Source: Camelus dromedarius (taxonomy: Eukaryota). From it: a stretch of DNA of 64,000 bases. The translations under genes and the position numbers were made by a program. The notes beneath the pieces are model-generated. The model had not been told where the DNA came from. It ran no database searches and worked only from the letters and a program-made list of their open reading frames with translations. Position 1 is the first letter of the stretch; the number at the start of each line of letters is the position of its first letter. The stretch covers positions 58,716,001 through 58,780,000 of the forward strand of contig NC_087437.1 of NCBI RefSeq assembly GCF_036321535.1, given 5' to 3'. This document shows positions 23,656-35,012 of this stretch, one piece after another.

Positions 23656-25345
23656 CTGCCCTGAAGGTGTCCCCTGCCAAGGTGTGTCGGGAGAGGGGAT
23701 GTTAGCTCTAGTGGTGTCCTGGGCTTGAGGGGTCTCACGCCTTGCTGAGCTCCATGCTGCAGTGCTGGGATCCTCATGGACAGCTGTGTGGATGCTAGAC
23801 ATTAACATCTAACTAGCAGTGATCTGCAAAGTAGGACTAGTGACCAAGGATTACCCTCAGTGACCCAGAAAATTCCTATGAAATAGTCTAAAATGATTTC
23901 TGTGCTTTCATGTACCACACTTAGAGAGGGAATGCAAGTATTCTGCATGAAGTGTGACCAGGAGAGGGGGCACAAGGATGGATTAGACATAACCCTCCTT
24001 TCATGGAGTTTACGGTCTGGGAAGGAAATACACACAGAGATCATTTCAGCAGAGTGGAACACAGAGAATGGGTGACAGATGACCCTGCCTGCTGAGCCTC
24101 AGGGGTGCTGCACCAGGAAGAGGACACTTGATTTGGTTTTGAAGGGTGAGCTGGATTTCTTCAGGCCTGGCTGTGAGAAGAGCTTTGTGAGTAGAAGGCA
24201 AAGGCTGGTGATGCACAGGGAGTAAAAAACCCAGGAGGACAATTGGAGGGGTAACTGGGGAAAGATGAGGCTCGGGCCAGGAGATCACAGCTTTGCATTT
24301 TATTCTGGAAGCAACGGAGAACCAAGAATGGACTGCAAGCCTGGGAGGGACACGGTCTGAGTCTTGGGAAGACCTCTCGCACAGTGGCGTGGGGCCGGGT
24401 GTGCTGGGCTGGCAGAGGCCCCAGCCAGCAGCAGAGGCTGGAGGACAGACCCATTAGCGCTCTTGCAGGGCAGTGGCTGGAGGGTGGAGAGAAGGGGCCA
24501 GGGACGGGTGCTCTAGCCAAGGCCCTGGGGAGGAAGGAAGGATCCTTCCCAATAAGTGACGGGCCAGCGGCAGCTCCTGATTTTAAAAAACAGACCGTGC
24601 TGGGTGGGCTCCATTCTCCAACTCCCGCTCACCATCCTGCTCCAGAGTCATCTCAGGAGATGCTCCCCAGAAACCTGGTCCTGCTGCATCTTCCCCTCTA
24701 GCCCCTCAACTCCCTATGGGGACTGAGCTGCGTTTGAATGTCTGGTGCAGACGTGCCCACGTGTGGGGCCTTAAACATGAAGGTCTCTCTTGTTGCCCAA
24801 ATGCTCTGGGCTCCCCAGGGCTGAGAGCTATTAGGGAAACAAAAGAGAACCCTTTTAATTAGACTCTCTCTGTGTCCCTGCAGGGCGGGGAGAGAGGAGC
24901 GGAGCCCCAGTTGTTCTGGTGATTAGATGCAACAGGGAAAAAGTTGAAAACATCTGGGTGTATTTATACCCCCAAAGCCATGACCGAAGCACACAAAACC
25001 CACGAGGATTTAAATGAGCTGAACCTTCCTTTCGGCTTTTGTTTAAACTTACTTGCAGCCACCTGGAGGTTCTAGTGATGACTGGGAGCCTCAGGGTCAG
25101 CCCTTCCTGGCTCTCTGGGGACACTCACCTGCTCTCCAGCAACGCCAAAGCCTGGAGAGGAGAGGAGGGGGAACTGTTACCTTTATACTGTTTCTCAGGA
25201 CACCTTCTGTTTCATAACCAAGATCCTTAGACCCAGCGGACACACGAGGGCACTGAAGCTGGGGTAGCAGTAACGGGCAGAGAGAACTCCAGAAGGTTTA
25301 AGACTTTCAGTTGAGAACTGTATAAAGACCCACGCCCTTCTTTCT

Positions 25346-25592
25346 CCTTTTTCAATTGAATTATAGTTGATTTACAATGTTGAGTTAGTTTCTGGTGTAC
25401 AGCATAGTGATTCAGTTATACATATATATAATATATATGCTTTTTCACTATAGGTTATTACATGGTATTGAATATAGTTCCCTGTGCTATACAGCGGGAC
25501 CTTGTTGTTTATCTGTTTTAAATGTAGTGGTGTGTAATCCCAAACACCTAATTTAGCCCTCCCCCCCTGCCTTTTCTCCTTTGGTAACCATA
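25346..25592 (-). mobile_element. 5'-truncated cetartiodactyl-type L1 3' end
   Basis: aattgaattatagttgatttacaatgttgagttagtttctggtgtacagcatagtgattcag...ggtaaccata; possible TSD ccttctttct/cctactttct. Confidence 0.85.
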
Positions 25593-27029
25593 CCTACTTT
25601 CTGTAATACATAAATACATATCCTAAAAGAGGAATGGACAAAAAAGAAGGGATGGGTTGTTAAGAGCTTTGGGAGTCACTGGCAAACGCAAAAGACTCAC
25701 CTCCCTTCATCCCAGAAGGCTTTGTTTTGCAGTGTCTGGCAAAATTCTTCGAGCGCCTTCAGAGTGGTTGACTTTTGAGTGCAAATAACAAAAGAAGAAT
25801 GCGTTTTTCTAAAAGGTGCCCCCAGTATAAGACAGAAATCTCATACTACAGCTAACGGGAGAAACAGGTAAGTGAAGAAGGCCAGCTCCTTCTCTCTTGA
25901 CAAAATACCCAGGGCTCATTTCTAGAATAGTCAGCTCTGTGCAAGTACTGTCACCCTGAGAGTCACAGAGGATGGGAAGCCACTCTCCTGGTTGATGCAG
26001 CTTTTTTTTTCTTGTCTGAAAAAGACCGCTTCGCAAAAGCGTTTTGAACAAATTGTGCCATTTGAAAGAAGGCAGGGATAGAACAGAAGCCGTCAAGCTT
26101 TAATTTCTTTGCTAATTAATGGTCGATCATATATCCTTTTATGATTCTTGACCCCAGAGGGAAAATTTATTAGTACTTTTAGATTTTGCACAGTCGTGCT
26201 AAATGAGGCGTGTAATGCACTAATTTAGTGCCTCGTTAGCATAAGCGCGGTCTCCCCGGCTCCCCGGCGCCTCGGCTCCCCTGCCCACGGAAGGCTTTCT
26301 CCAGAGCCGTGGGCGACTTTCCTGGGGCGGCCACGGCTCCTCCGGGTTCAGGTGCCTGAGAGCCCATAGCCAAGATGGGGGCTCACCCCACCCACCCTGG
26401 GACTGCAAACATGGGCTTTGCCCTTCATCTTAATGAAAATATTTAAACCCTCAAGTCTTCAAGCCTTTGCATGACAGTGTCTCCCCCAGTCCCGATTTTA
26501 CTGGAGGTTCAGCCTGTGCAGCTATCTTTCAGCCTCTCTGTCCCACCCCTCGAACGAAAAACCAAATCTTAGCCCTTGGAGAAGATTTCTGTTTGTGGAG
26601 ATTGTGGGCAGTTGGTGACGTTTATTATTTGGTAGGCATAGAGCCTAGATGTGTCTCTGGTGTAAATGCCAGCTCAGTAAATGTCCAGGTTTGCTGCATA
26701 TACGTTTGAACCCCTGAGAAGCCTGAACCAAGCTGATGTCCTTCCGCATCTGGGTTCTAAGTAGAGATGCTCGCTGGCAGGGAGCCGGAACTCTGCTTGA
26801 CTCTGCCGCCAGCGTCCTTTGGGAACTACAGAAAGGCACTTGCCCTTTGTGGACCTCGGCTTTCCCATCTGTTCAATGATCTGTAAATCTTCCTGCCTAA
26901 GGTCCCTTCCGGTTTTGACATCCCATCATTCAGCAAGCTGGGAATGCCAGAGGCAGGCTGCGTGGCTCAGCCACAGCCAGGGGGTCGGTTCAGAAGAGCT
27001 TTGAAATAGTGGAAATCTTCCAAAGGTCC

Positions 27030-27515
27030 ATTTCCTTTGGCCCAGCAATTCTATTTTAAGGACCATAACCTAAGAAGATAATTAGACAAATGCATGCAAA
27101 TAAAGGTATTTATGAGGCCATCTGGGACTGGTTAAATAAAATACAATATTATTATATTATATTACATATCATATCATTATATTATATGTTTTATATATAT
27201 ATATATTCATAATGGGATACTATGAAACCAGGGAAAAAATAACACCACAGAATATTGTAAGCATGGGGAAATGCTCACAATATTTTGCTATGCAAAAATC
27301 CAGGGTTTCTAAACAAGACTTCTCACATGATCCTAGTTTTGCAAAAATATGTCCATAAATGTGTCTAGACAAAGGTTTGGAAGGATATACACCAACACGT
27401 TCACAGAGGTCCTTAGTGGGTAGGATTCTAGCGGGGGCTGTTTCTTCTTTATACTTTCCTATATTTCCAATATTTACTCACAATGACTGTGCATCACTCC
27501 TAGAATAAAAAAAAA
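27030..27515 (+). mobile_element. L1ME-type 3' end relic with internal AT-rich expansion
   Basis: tttggcccagcaattctattttaagga...ggaaggatatacaccaac...tttcttctttatactttcctatatttcc, A-rich end. Confidence 0.7.
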
Positions 27516-30080
27516 TTATACTTATTTAAGGAAAATAAAATCTTGGCTCTGAATATAAGTACTCTTTTCCCACCTCAGTTTCCACACATACACAATGGCA
27601 ACTATCAATCACCTCAAAATGTCAGGAAATAAATGATTTATTGGCTGGAGGTTCTTCATGAAAACTTTGGATGACCAAAACTGTTTGATGTCGACACAAC
27701 CTTGGTATCTACATGCCTTCATTTTAAAACTGTACAGACAAGATGTGTGAAGGTTTCTGAATGAAGAGCCACTTGCCTGCTGTGGGTCCTTACGATTCCC
27801 AAGTGTTAGCCTCGCAAAGGCATTGAAGATGTTCCAGGCCAGCCCCCATGTTATATAGACATGGAAGGAACTTGCTTCAGGTCTAAGTGTCGGTTATAGC
27901 AAAGCGGGACTAGCACCTGTCTCTCGCCTTCATCCCTAGACCAGTACTGTGAAAACGCCTTCCGTCTCCAGGTGCCTATAAAAGATGCTACAAGTGGAGA
28001 CTTCCTTCTGGAGCTCTCCAGGTATGAATTCTGAGAGCTCAGGTTACTTCATTCTCACAGGAGGTCCTCAGCTAGGGAGTGAGGCTTCCTTGCAGATCCT
28101 GAGTCTGGAGTCTGCAAGGAGCTGGGACATCCACAGCACAGCTGCCGCCTGTACACCAGGGCTTCGGGCCGTGCTCTCTTCTGAGAAGTATTATGGTGGT
28201 GAAGAGTTTGTCTGTTTTCTCTTAAGTATGTTGCTATTCTGGGTTCATTTGTCCTAAGGAAGGGTAGCAGAGATTGGAAAAGTCAAAATATTGGATCATC
28301 TGAATACTGTTTCCAAATTTCCCCCAAAACATCCTCACTGCTGGGAACAGTGCTGGGTAGGGGGAAGGAGTGAGGAGGAGGATGCAGAAGAACGAGATGC
28401 TGCCCCTGCCTCTCAGGATATTCAGAATCTAAGAGGGGGAGTCATCAATGTGAGTGAGGGGCTGCCGAATAAAGCAGCCTACAAGATCCTGAAGAGGTTC
28501 CAACCCAGTCCATCCTGGGAGACTCAAAGGACATTCTGTTTCCTTTGGAGGGAGGAGATCCCTGAAGACTTCCAGGAGAAAGTGACCTTTGATTGGCTTT
28601 TGGAAAACAGAAATAATTTAAACATTTGGAGGTAGAGGGAAGGGCATGAGGTTGAGGGAAGCAAGGCATGACAGCAGGGCTGGTGTAGTTGCAGAATCGC
28701 GTGGTGGGGGTGGCGGGGAGGACCAGAAACAGGGAAGACATCGACGAGGCTGGAACTCAGTGCATGTGTGGAAACACAGCCAGAGAGCCACGTGCTGGAG
28801 GGAAGTGAGGGTCATTCCTTGAGGGGCTTGAAGAACTTGTAAGGTGTTTGGACTTAACTACAGACAAAAAGGAGGCGTCGCCTGCAGGGTTTTGAACTGA
28901 GCTGTGTTTTAAGAGCTTTTCCTCACGGTAGAGGAGGGAAGACTGAAGTCAGAGGGAGTGGTTTTGGAGAAAAACAGCCCCCCTCCTTCTTCCAGGTGAC
29001 ATGAGCAAAGGAACCCAGCCCTTCTGCTCTCCTGGGACTTTTGGTGGCTCTTACAACCCGCAGAGGGGATGTTCTCATCTCGTTGTTCCAGCAGCATTAG
29101 CTGGGAGCCAGGAAAAGTAAGTCGTGTCCTTGATAGCCCCTCAGGGGCCGATGCAAAGCTGATATGTTTCCCACTATCATGCAGGAGAAATTCTGCTCCC
29201 ACTCGAGAGCTGGAAACCCAATGTGGTTCTGAGTCTGAAACCGGAAAGCCACATTTTCCAACAAAAGGGTGCCGCAGGAAATAATAAATCTCTCAGAATT
29301 TATGGGTCAGGAAATTCCTTCAGGAATATAAATAGAGAAGAGGTAAGGCAGAGGTGGGGCACGGCAAGGGAGCAGCTGCCTGGGATCCTTCTGGGACACA
29401 CACCCGGCTGAGTTAGGGTAGGAATTTGTCCATCAGAACTCATGTTCAGAAGGACATGAAAGGGAATCTGATGGGGTCTCTCTTTCCCTCTTCCACCATT
29501 GAATTCACGGCTCTTAGTCTGCAAAATGGTGAGGATGAACTAAATGACCTCCAGGGGCTTTATCCCTGGGTCATGTGATGCTTGTAGTCAAGACCAGTGC
29601 TCTCATTCTGGGCCGTGATCACATTGTGTGTCTCACTCTCCCCAGCTGAAAATACAATCAACAGAGTCTCACCCATCACCCGTGTTTGGGCTGAGGATTA
29701 ATGAGAGGACATCTGGAAACTTCCCTTGGAGGGATACATCTGGGCCTGATTACCTTCTTATTTACTGTCTTTTCCCTCTGGAGACAGACTCGTATACTCA
29801 CCCCAGGGAACAATAACAGAAGCATGCACACCATCCCAACACACCTTCCAAATTACCCACAGCCCAGCCTGCGGGCAGTCACCATAGAGGAGTCCACACC
29901 CGCACTCACTCGGGCTCACACACTTGCACGCACACACACGCGATCTTTCTCCCCCTTTTTCTGTCCGATGTCAGTGAAACTGAACTGCCTTCACTACCAG
30001 AGCTGCGAGACCAGGCTTGTCCCCATCACTGATCCCTTCCTGCCCTCCCCCGTCTGCCATTGCCAGCTGGTTCCTCGCTT

Positions 30081-30099
30081 CCGCCAGCAGATGGCGCCC
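30081..30099 (+). promoter_or_regulatory. Candidate CTCF binding site
   Basis: CCGCCAGCAGATGGCGCCC closely matches the CTCF core consensus (CCASYAGRKGGCRC), with CpGs retained, in non-repeat sequence. Confidence 0.7.
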
Positions 30100-31811
30100 G
30101 GAGCTCTCAGACCACCCGGCCACAGCTTCAGGACTGATCTGCCGGCCTCCCCCACCCCCAGCCTTGGAATGGGATAATTTGGGAGTCATCTGTGGGAGGG
30201 CTGCCAAGGACTTAAATTTACTATTTGGAACTTGGATAAGTCTCCCCAGACGGGGCACTGGAGGGGAGAGGGGAAAAGGGAAGGGGGGGCTGCATCTCCC
30301 AGGGGTTGAGGGGGGTGGATCTGGTCAGGGCCGGACCGCTCCAGCTCTGGCAGCCAGACAAGTCTTTCCTGCAAGGCCCCACCCCAAGGGGTGTCTGAAG
30401 CCAGGGCGGGTCACACCCTGTAAGGGAAGTGCTTTCTCTGGTGTGAAAACCCAAGAGAACAAAAAGGATTCACAGACCAAAAATGAAGCTAATGAGAGCT
30501 TCGAAATCATGGCATCTCTCCCACTCACAGTCTCTGACTCATCCCTGAACCCCGGTTTCAACCTCACCTACTGCGCGAAGCCAGCGCTGACCTGTGTGCC
30601 TCGTGTTGGAATTAATCACCAGCTGCCTCCCTGGGCCTCCGGCGCTGCCTCCCTGCAGCGTCAATCCCAGCTCTCCCACGGTGAGAGTTCCTTGCCTAAG
30701 TATGTGTCACCCCCGTTTGACTGCGGTTACCCTAGACCAGGGGCGAGACCCCACTTATCCCAGAATCCCCACGAGCCCAGAACAGCCCCTGCTCACGGGT
30801 CCTGCAGAGCCAGGGCACAGCGAAGAACCTTCTCTCCAAGAAGACACTCACTTTGTTTACTTCTGGTCCTCACTGGAGCCTGGAGAGAACTCTACCAGAT
30901 GGAATGGTGAGGTCAAAGGAGAAAATCCCTTTTAGGCAGGGTCACAGGACTCCTGAGGTAGGTGAGAGACACGTGCACACAGACAGACGCCCACCTCCTG
31001 CAGCAGTGGAGGAGGGAATCTAAAAAATGTGGTGGTGCCAGCCGCAGAGAGGTCTGCAAATGCCTTCTTAATTGAGCCTTTCTGGGAGCAGGCTGGCTGG
31101 AGGAGGAACAGGAACAGAGAGGAGCCTGGCGAAGGAGGGCCCAGGGGCTCCGATCCCACTTCCTTTTGGAAACTCAGAGACAGCAAAGGTAGAACCTTCG
31201 GTTTCTCCCCGGGAAGTACCATATGGCAATGCTGCCCATCAAGAGTCATTCTCTCCTGGCACAGTTCTGCCTGCAGGAAAGTCTTTTCCTAACAGGAGCC
31301 CAAGTCCATTTTCCTGCAGCTTTCACCCCCTGGAACCACCCAGGGCAGATCTACTTGCTTGGATGGGAAATTATGTGGTAGAGACAGGACACAGGCGCCT
31401 CTGCAGAGTCCCTACTCAGTGCTAGACATCCTGTGTGCATTATGTCGTGACCAGGAAAACCCCGGGGTACTGCCGTTAGAGGTGTTACAGATGAGGAAAG
31501 GCAGCTCAGAGAGGTGGGCAGCTTGCCCACGGCACACATTCTGCATGGGCTCTCATCTTGCCTGGCTTCCGGCTTCCCTTCACACAGCTGGAGACAGGGT
31601 CCTGGCTCCACAAACCCTCTCATCCCCGGGCTATGCACTGATGTCCTTAACGCTCCCTCCTGGCTCGTGCGTCCCAGTCTCTCTTGGCCAGCTTCTGGGA
31701 TGCCCCCTGGTTAGCCTGCATCCCTCCACAGCCAGGTCCCCAGACGAGGACAGAAGCATTCTTGTTGCTTTGCTTGAAAAGCATTACTCGCCAGCTGGCA
31801 ACTGATGTACT

Positions 31812-31855
31812 TCTTCTCCTCCTCCTCCTCCTCCTCTTTTTCTTCTTCTTTTTTT
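31812..31855. repeat. (CTC)n/(CTT)n pyrimidine-rich microsatellite
   Basis: ttcttctcctcctcctcctcctcctctttttcttcttcttttttt. Confidence 0.85.
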
Positions 31856-34800
31856 AAGAGTAAGATGAGCCTTGACTCCTGGCCCCTGGGTGGGTGCTGG
31901 TAGCAGGAGGTGCCCAGTCCGAAGTCCATGGGCATCGAGACCATCAGCCAGCCTGGCTGAGACAGCGCCTCTTCGTCCTGCTCCCTCCTCCCAGGTCTCT
32001 GAGCCACTGACCCTGATGCTTGGAATGTAGCTAGTATTAGGTTTTTAATTAAATGCGATTTCTTCTAGTGTAAATAGGTAATACATTCTTATGGTTTAAA
32101 ATTCAAAAGGTACAAAAGGTAGAAGGCAGAAATTCTCCCTCCTCTCTCTTATTCCAACCACCCACTACTCCTCTTCTTGTACCTGACGTTACCAAATACA
32201 TCCATCATGCTTGTAATACAGCTAAATATGTATATGTAGATCCATATTCGTTTTTCTTTTTCTGAAAATTCAAATATCAGTATACTATATCCTCTCTTCC
32301 ACACCTTTTCTTTTTCCTGAATGTTCATATCTTCCAGTTTATAGACTGGGGTTTAAATTCACCCTCTTCTGCTCTATGAGACCAGAGGTCAATCCTGAAC
32401 CCTTGTCCTGAGCACCCAAAATGCAATGAAGATGAAACTCTCAGTCAATTCTTATTAAACAAATAATTGTCATATAGATGTTGAGATCACTGCAGATACA
32501 TTCTTGTTTATATTTCCCGGGTAAATTTTCCAGGAATTCGAGAGACTTTGCACTGAACTTTGGGGGATGTGACCCTTACTTTATAAGGAGAATCACCTAG
32601 GGATTGAAATGACTTATTCAAACCAAGCTGCTGCTCCATTTCAGCTACTCTGATTTTGCACTTTGGAGGCATTACAGTTGAGCTCTGGAGAAAGGAGACA
32701 CTTGGCTGAGTTTTCTCAATAATAATTTCAATGTATACAGACATGCACGGTTAAAATCGTGCAGTCAGTGTGATGGAGTCATGGGACTTATGGGCTTCCC
32801 CCTTGAGCTAAAGACAGAGCTTGCACCTAACCATTTTGTTTTAACCTTTCTTTTAGCTTCCCTGGCTGGAAAGCAGTGATAATTCAACCTGCTATTAGGA
32901 TTTTAAGTGCTCCAAGGTTTTAAGAACCCAGCATTAAACAGCACAAAAAATATGAAAAAATACCAACTAGCAAAGTGCTCAAAATGATACTCTATCTTTG
33001 CTTAAGTATATTCTAAGAAATGGAAAAGCAGGCCTCTGGGGGGCTGTCTGCAGAGGCCAGGAGTCTAGGAACCTTTCCATGATGTATGTGCAATAACTTC
33101 GTTATACTGGAGAAAAGATCTAACACAGACGTAGTTTCACAGTATTCATGATAAATGGTTCTTCACAAATTGAAGCTGAGTATTTCTCTCCCTCGCCTTC
33201 CCAAAGAGGTGGTTGTGGGTTTTAAACATGGTTCATTCCTGGAAACTCCATCTTAAAGGCAAATCCTCCTTTAATTGGATGGTTAAGGGCCTCTCTTCCA
33301 ACACATTCGGTCTCACGGGAGAACGGAACGGATGAAAGTGACAGGAAGAGGAGAAGAGGCATTTTTAAGGCCATGTTGCGCAAGGATGGTGAAAACAGAA
33401 GCCCACTTCAAATGATGCTCTATGAAGAGAATGCAGTTTATGGTCACAAACAGTTGGTGCGGTTACTGACTTACGTAGATGGTCATGGAAATAAAAAAGA
33501 AGTGCCAGTTGAGACCATATGAAGCGCTGGACCCCCACCTGCCGCCACCGCCCCAATGAGGAGATTTAGAAAGTGGTTCCCAAACGGAGCTTACTCCTTC
33601 GTCTCCCCCCACCCCTCTTGGTCTAGTATAAGCAACAACCTTTCTGTGCCTCAGTTTCCTTCACTGCAAAGTGGCCCTGCAGTGGTCCAAGGACGAGGGA
33701 AAGGCCTGTGGGCTTCCTGAGGAGGAGGAAATCACATCCAGCAAAATGTGTGTGGCCTGGGGGCCAGCAGCACCCGCTGAGCCTCTTCTCCGAGCCTGCT
33801 GGACCAGGAGCATCTGAGACCAGAGACTAAAAATTAGCTCCTTAAGAGGTTAGTTGCAGGGCCAAATCAGTCTCTGTTTGTTCTACATTCTTTGTCTGCC
33901 ATTTTAAATACCAAATTTAAACATGTAAGGGTTTGCTTTCTGAGTTGATGAATGATTTTGGCTCCCAGCAGGACAAACCTGGGGAGAAAGCAGTGAACTC
34001 TCTCTCTCTCTGGAATGGAGGGTACATCTAAATGTGGGCTGGAGATCTCCCTCCAGGGCAGGATTGGGGACCAGAACAAAGCCACCAGTGTCAGCTTCCC
34101 ACTGGTCCCAGACCTGGCAGCAAGCTCTGCGGAGGGTGTGCCTGCAGTTGGGATGAGGTCCCTGTGGGTGAGCTGGCATAGTTCTCCCTAGGGCAAGTAC
34201 CAGAGAGGCCTGGCTCAGAGGAGGTTGGAGGTTTGACTTGCCTGGCATCATCTTTGGGTGAGAGTGTTCGGGCAGATACCATCTCCCTCCACCAACTTGG
34301 CAGGAATCTGGTGCTGTGTGGGGAGGTGAAGAGTTCTCCTGGATCTGGTGAGCACTCGCAGGTGAGGCCGCGCAGGGCTCCTGTCCCCTCTGCGGCAGAG
34401 GGAAACTAGTGTCCATAGGAGAACGCTGCAGAGCCTCTCAGCCAGGAACAGCTTCTCTCCACCCACACAGGCTGTACCCCTGTCCAGCTCTCGTTGACTC
34501 GATGTGCGTTCTCCCTCCACCCCTGGTAACAGATCCTAACTGAATGCAAACTGGCCATGAGACCACCTTCCCAGCACCTCCCTGCAGCAGGAGTGGCCCT
34601 TGAGATGCAAGCACAGGTCATTAGGTGAATTTCAAGGGGACTGACCTAGTGGGAAGGGACCCTGGGGACCCTGGCCCACCCTCTTCTTCCCCCCTGGCTA
34701 GAATTTAAGTCATCATCTTGGTCTGTGAAGCCCATGAGGAAGTCATGCTTTAGGAATCACCTAGGGAAAATCTGCAAGGAGCTCTGGTTCCCAGTGATTC

Positions 34801-34999
34801 TGTGGACGGCAGCTCTCTACAGGAGTCTCTTAGATGAGCAAATAAACCCCCAATCCGACAAAGTCAAGTTTGGGATTTGGACTCTGTTACTAGCCATACG
34901 AAATCCCTAATGGACACAGGCTGATTCAGAAAATCGTGAGCTCCTAGTCACGGGAGACGTGCAGGCGTCCGCTGTGGGTTAGGGGGCAAGTGGGCTGGC

Positions 35000-35012
35000 G
35001 GGGGGGGGGGGG
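35000..35012. repeat. G13 homopolymer
   Basis: 13 consecutive G. Confidence 0.9.

Noticed and set aside
30017..30910. 297-aa ORF over the CTCF region
   Set aside because: Non-ATG start, P/G/S/R-rich, no recognisable family; explained by high GC content
33081..33106. loxP-like string gatgtatgtgcaATAACTTCGTTATA
   Set aside because: Imperfect single half-site, wrong geometry, no second arm and no vector sequence; chance
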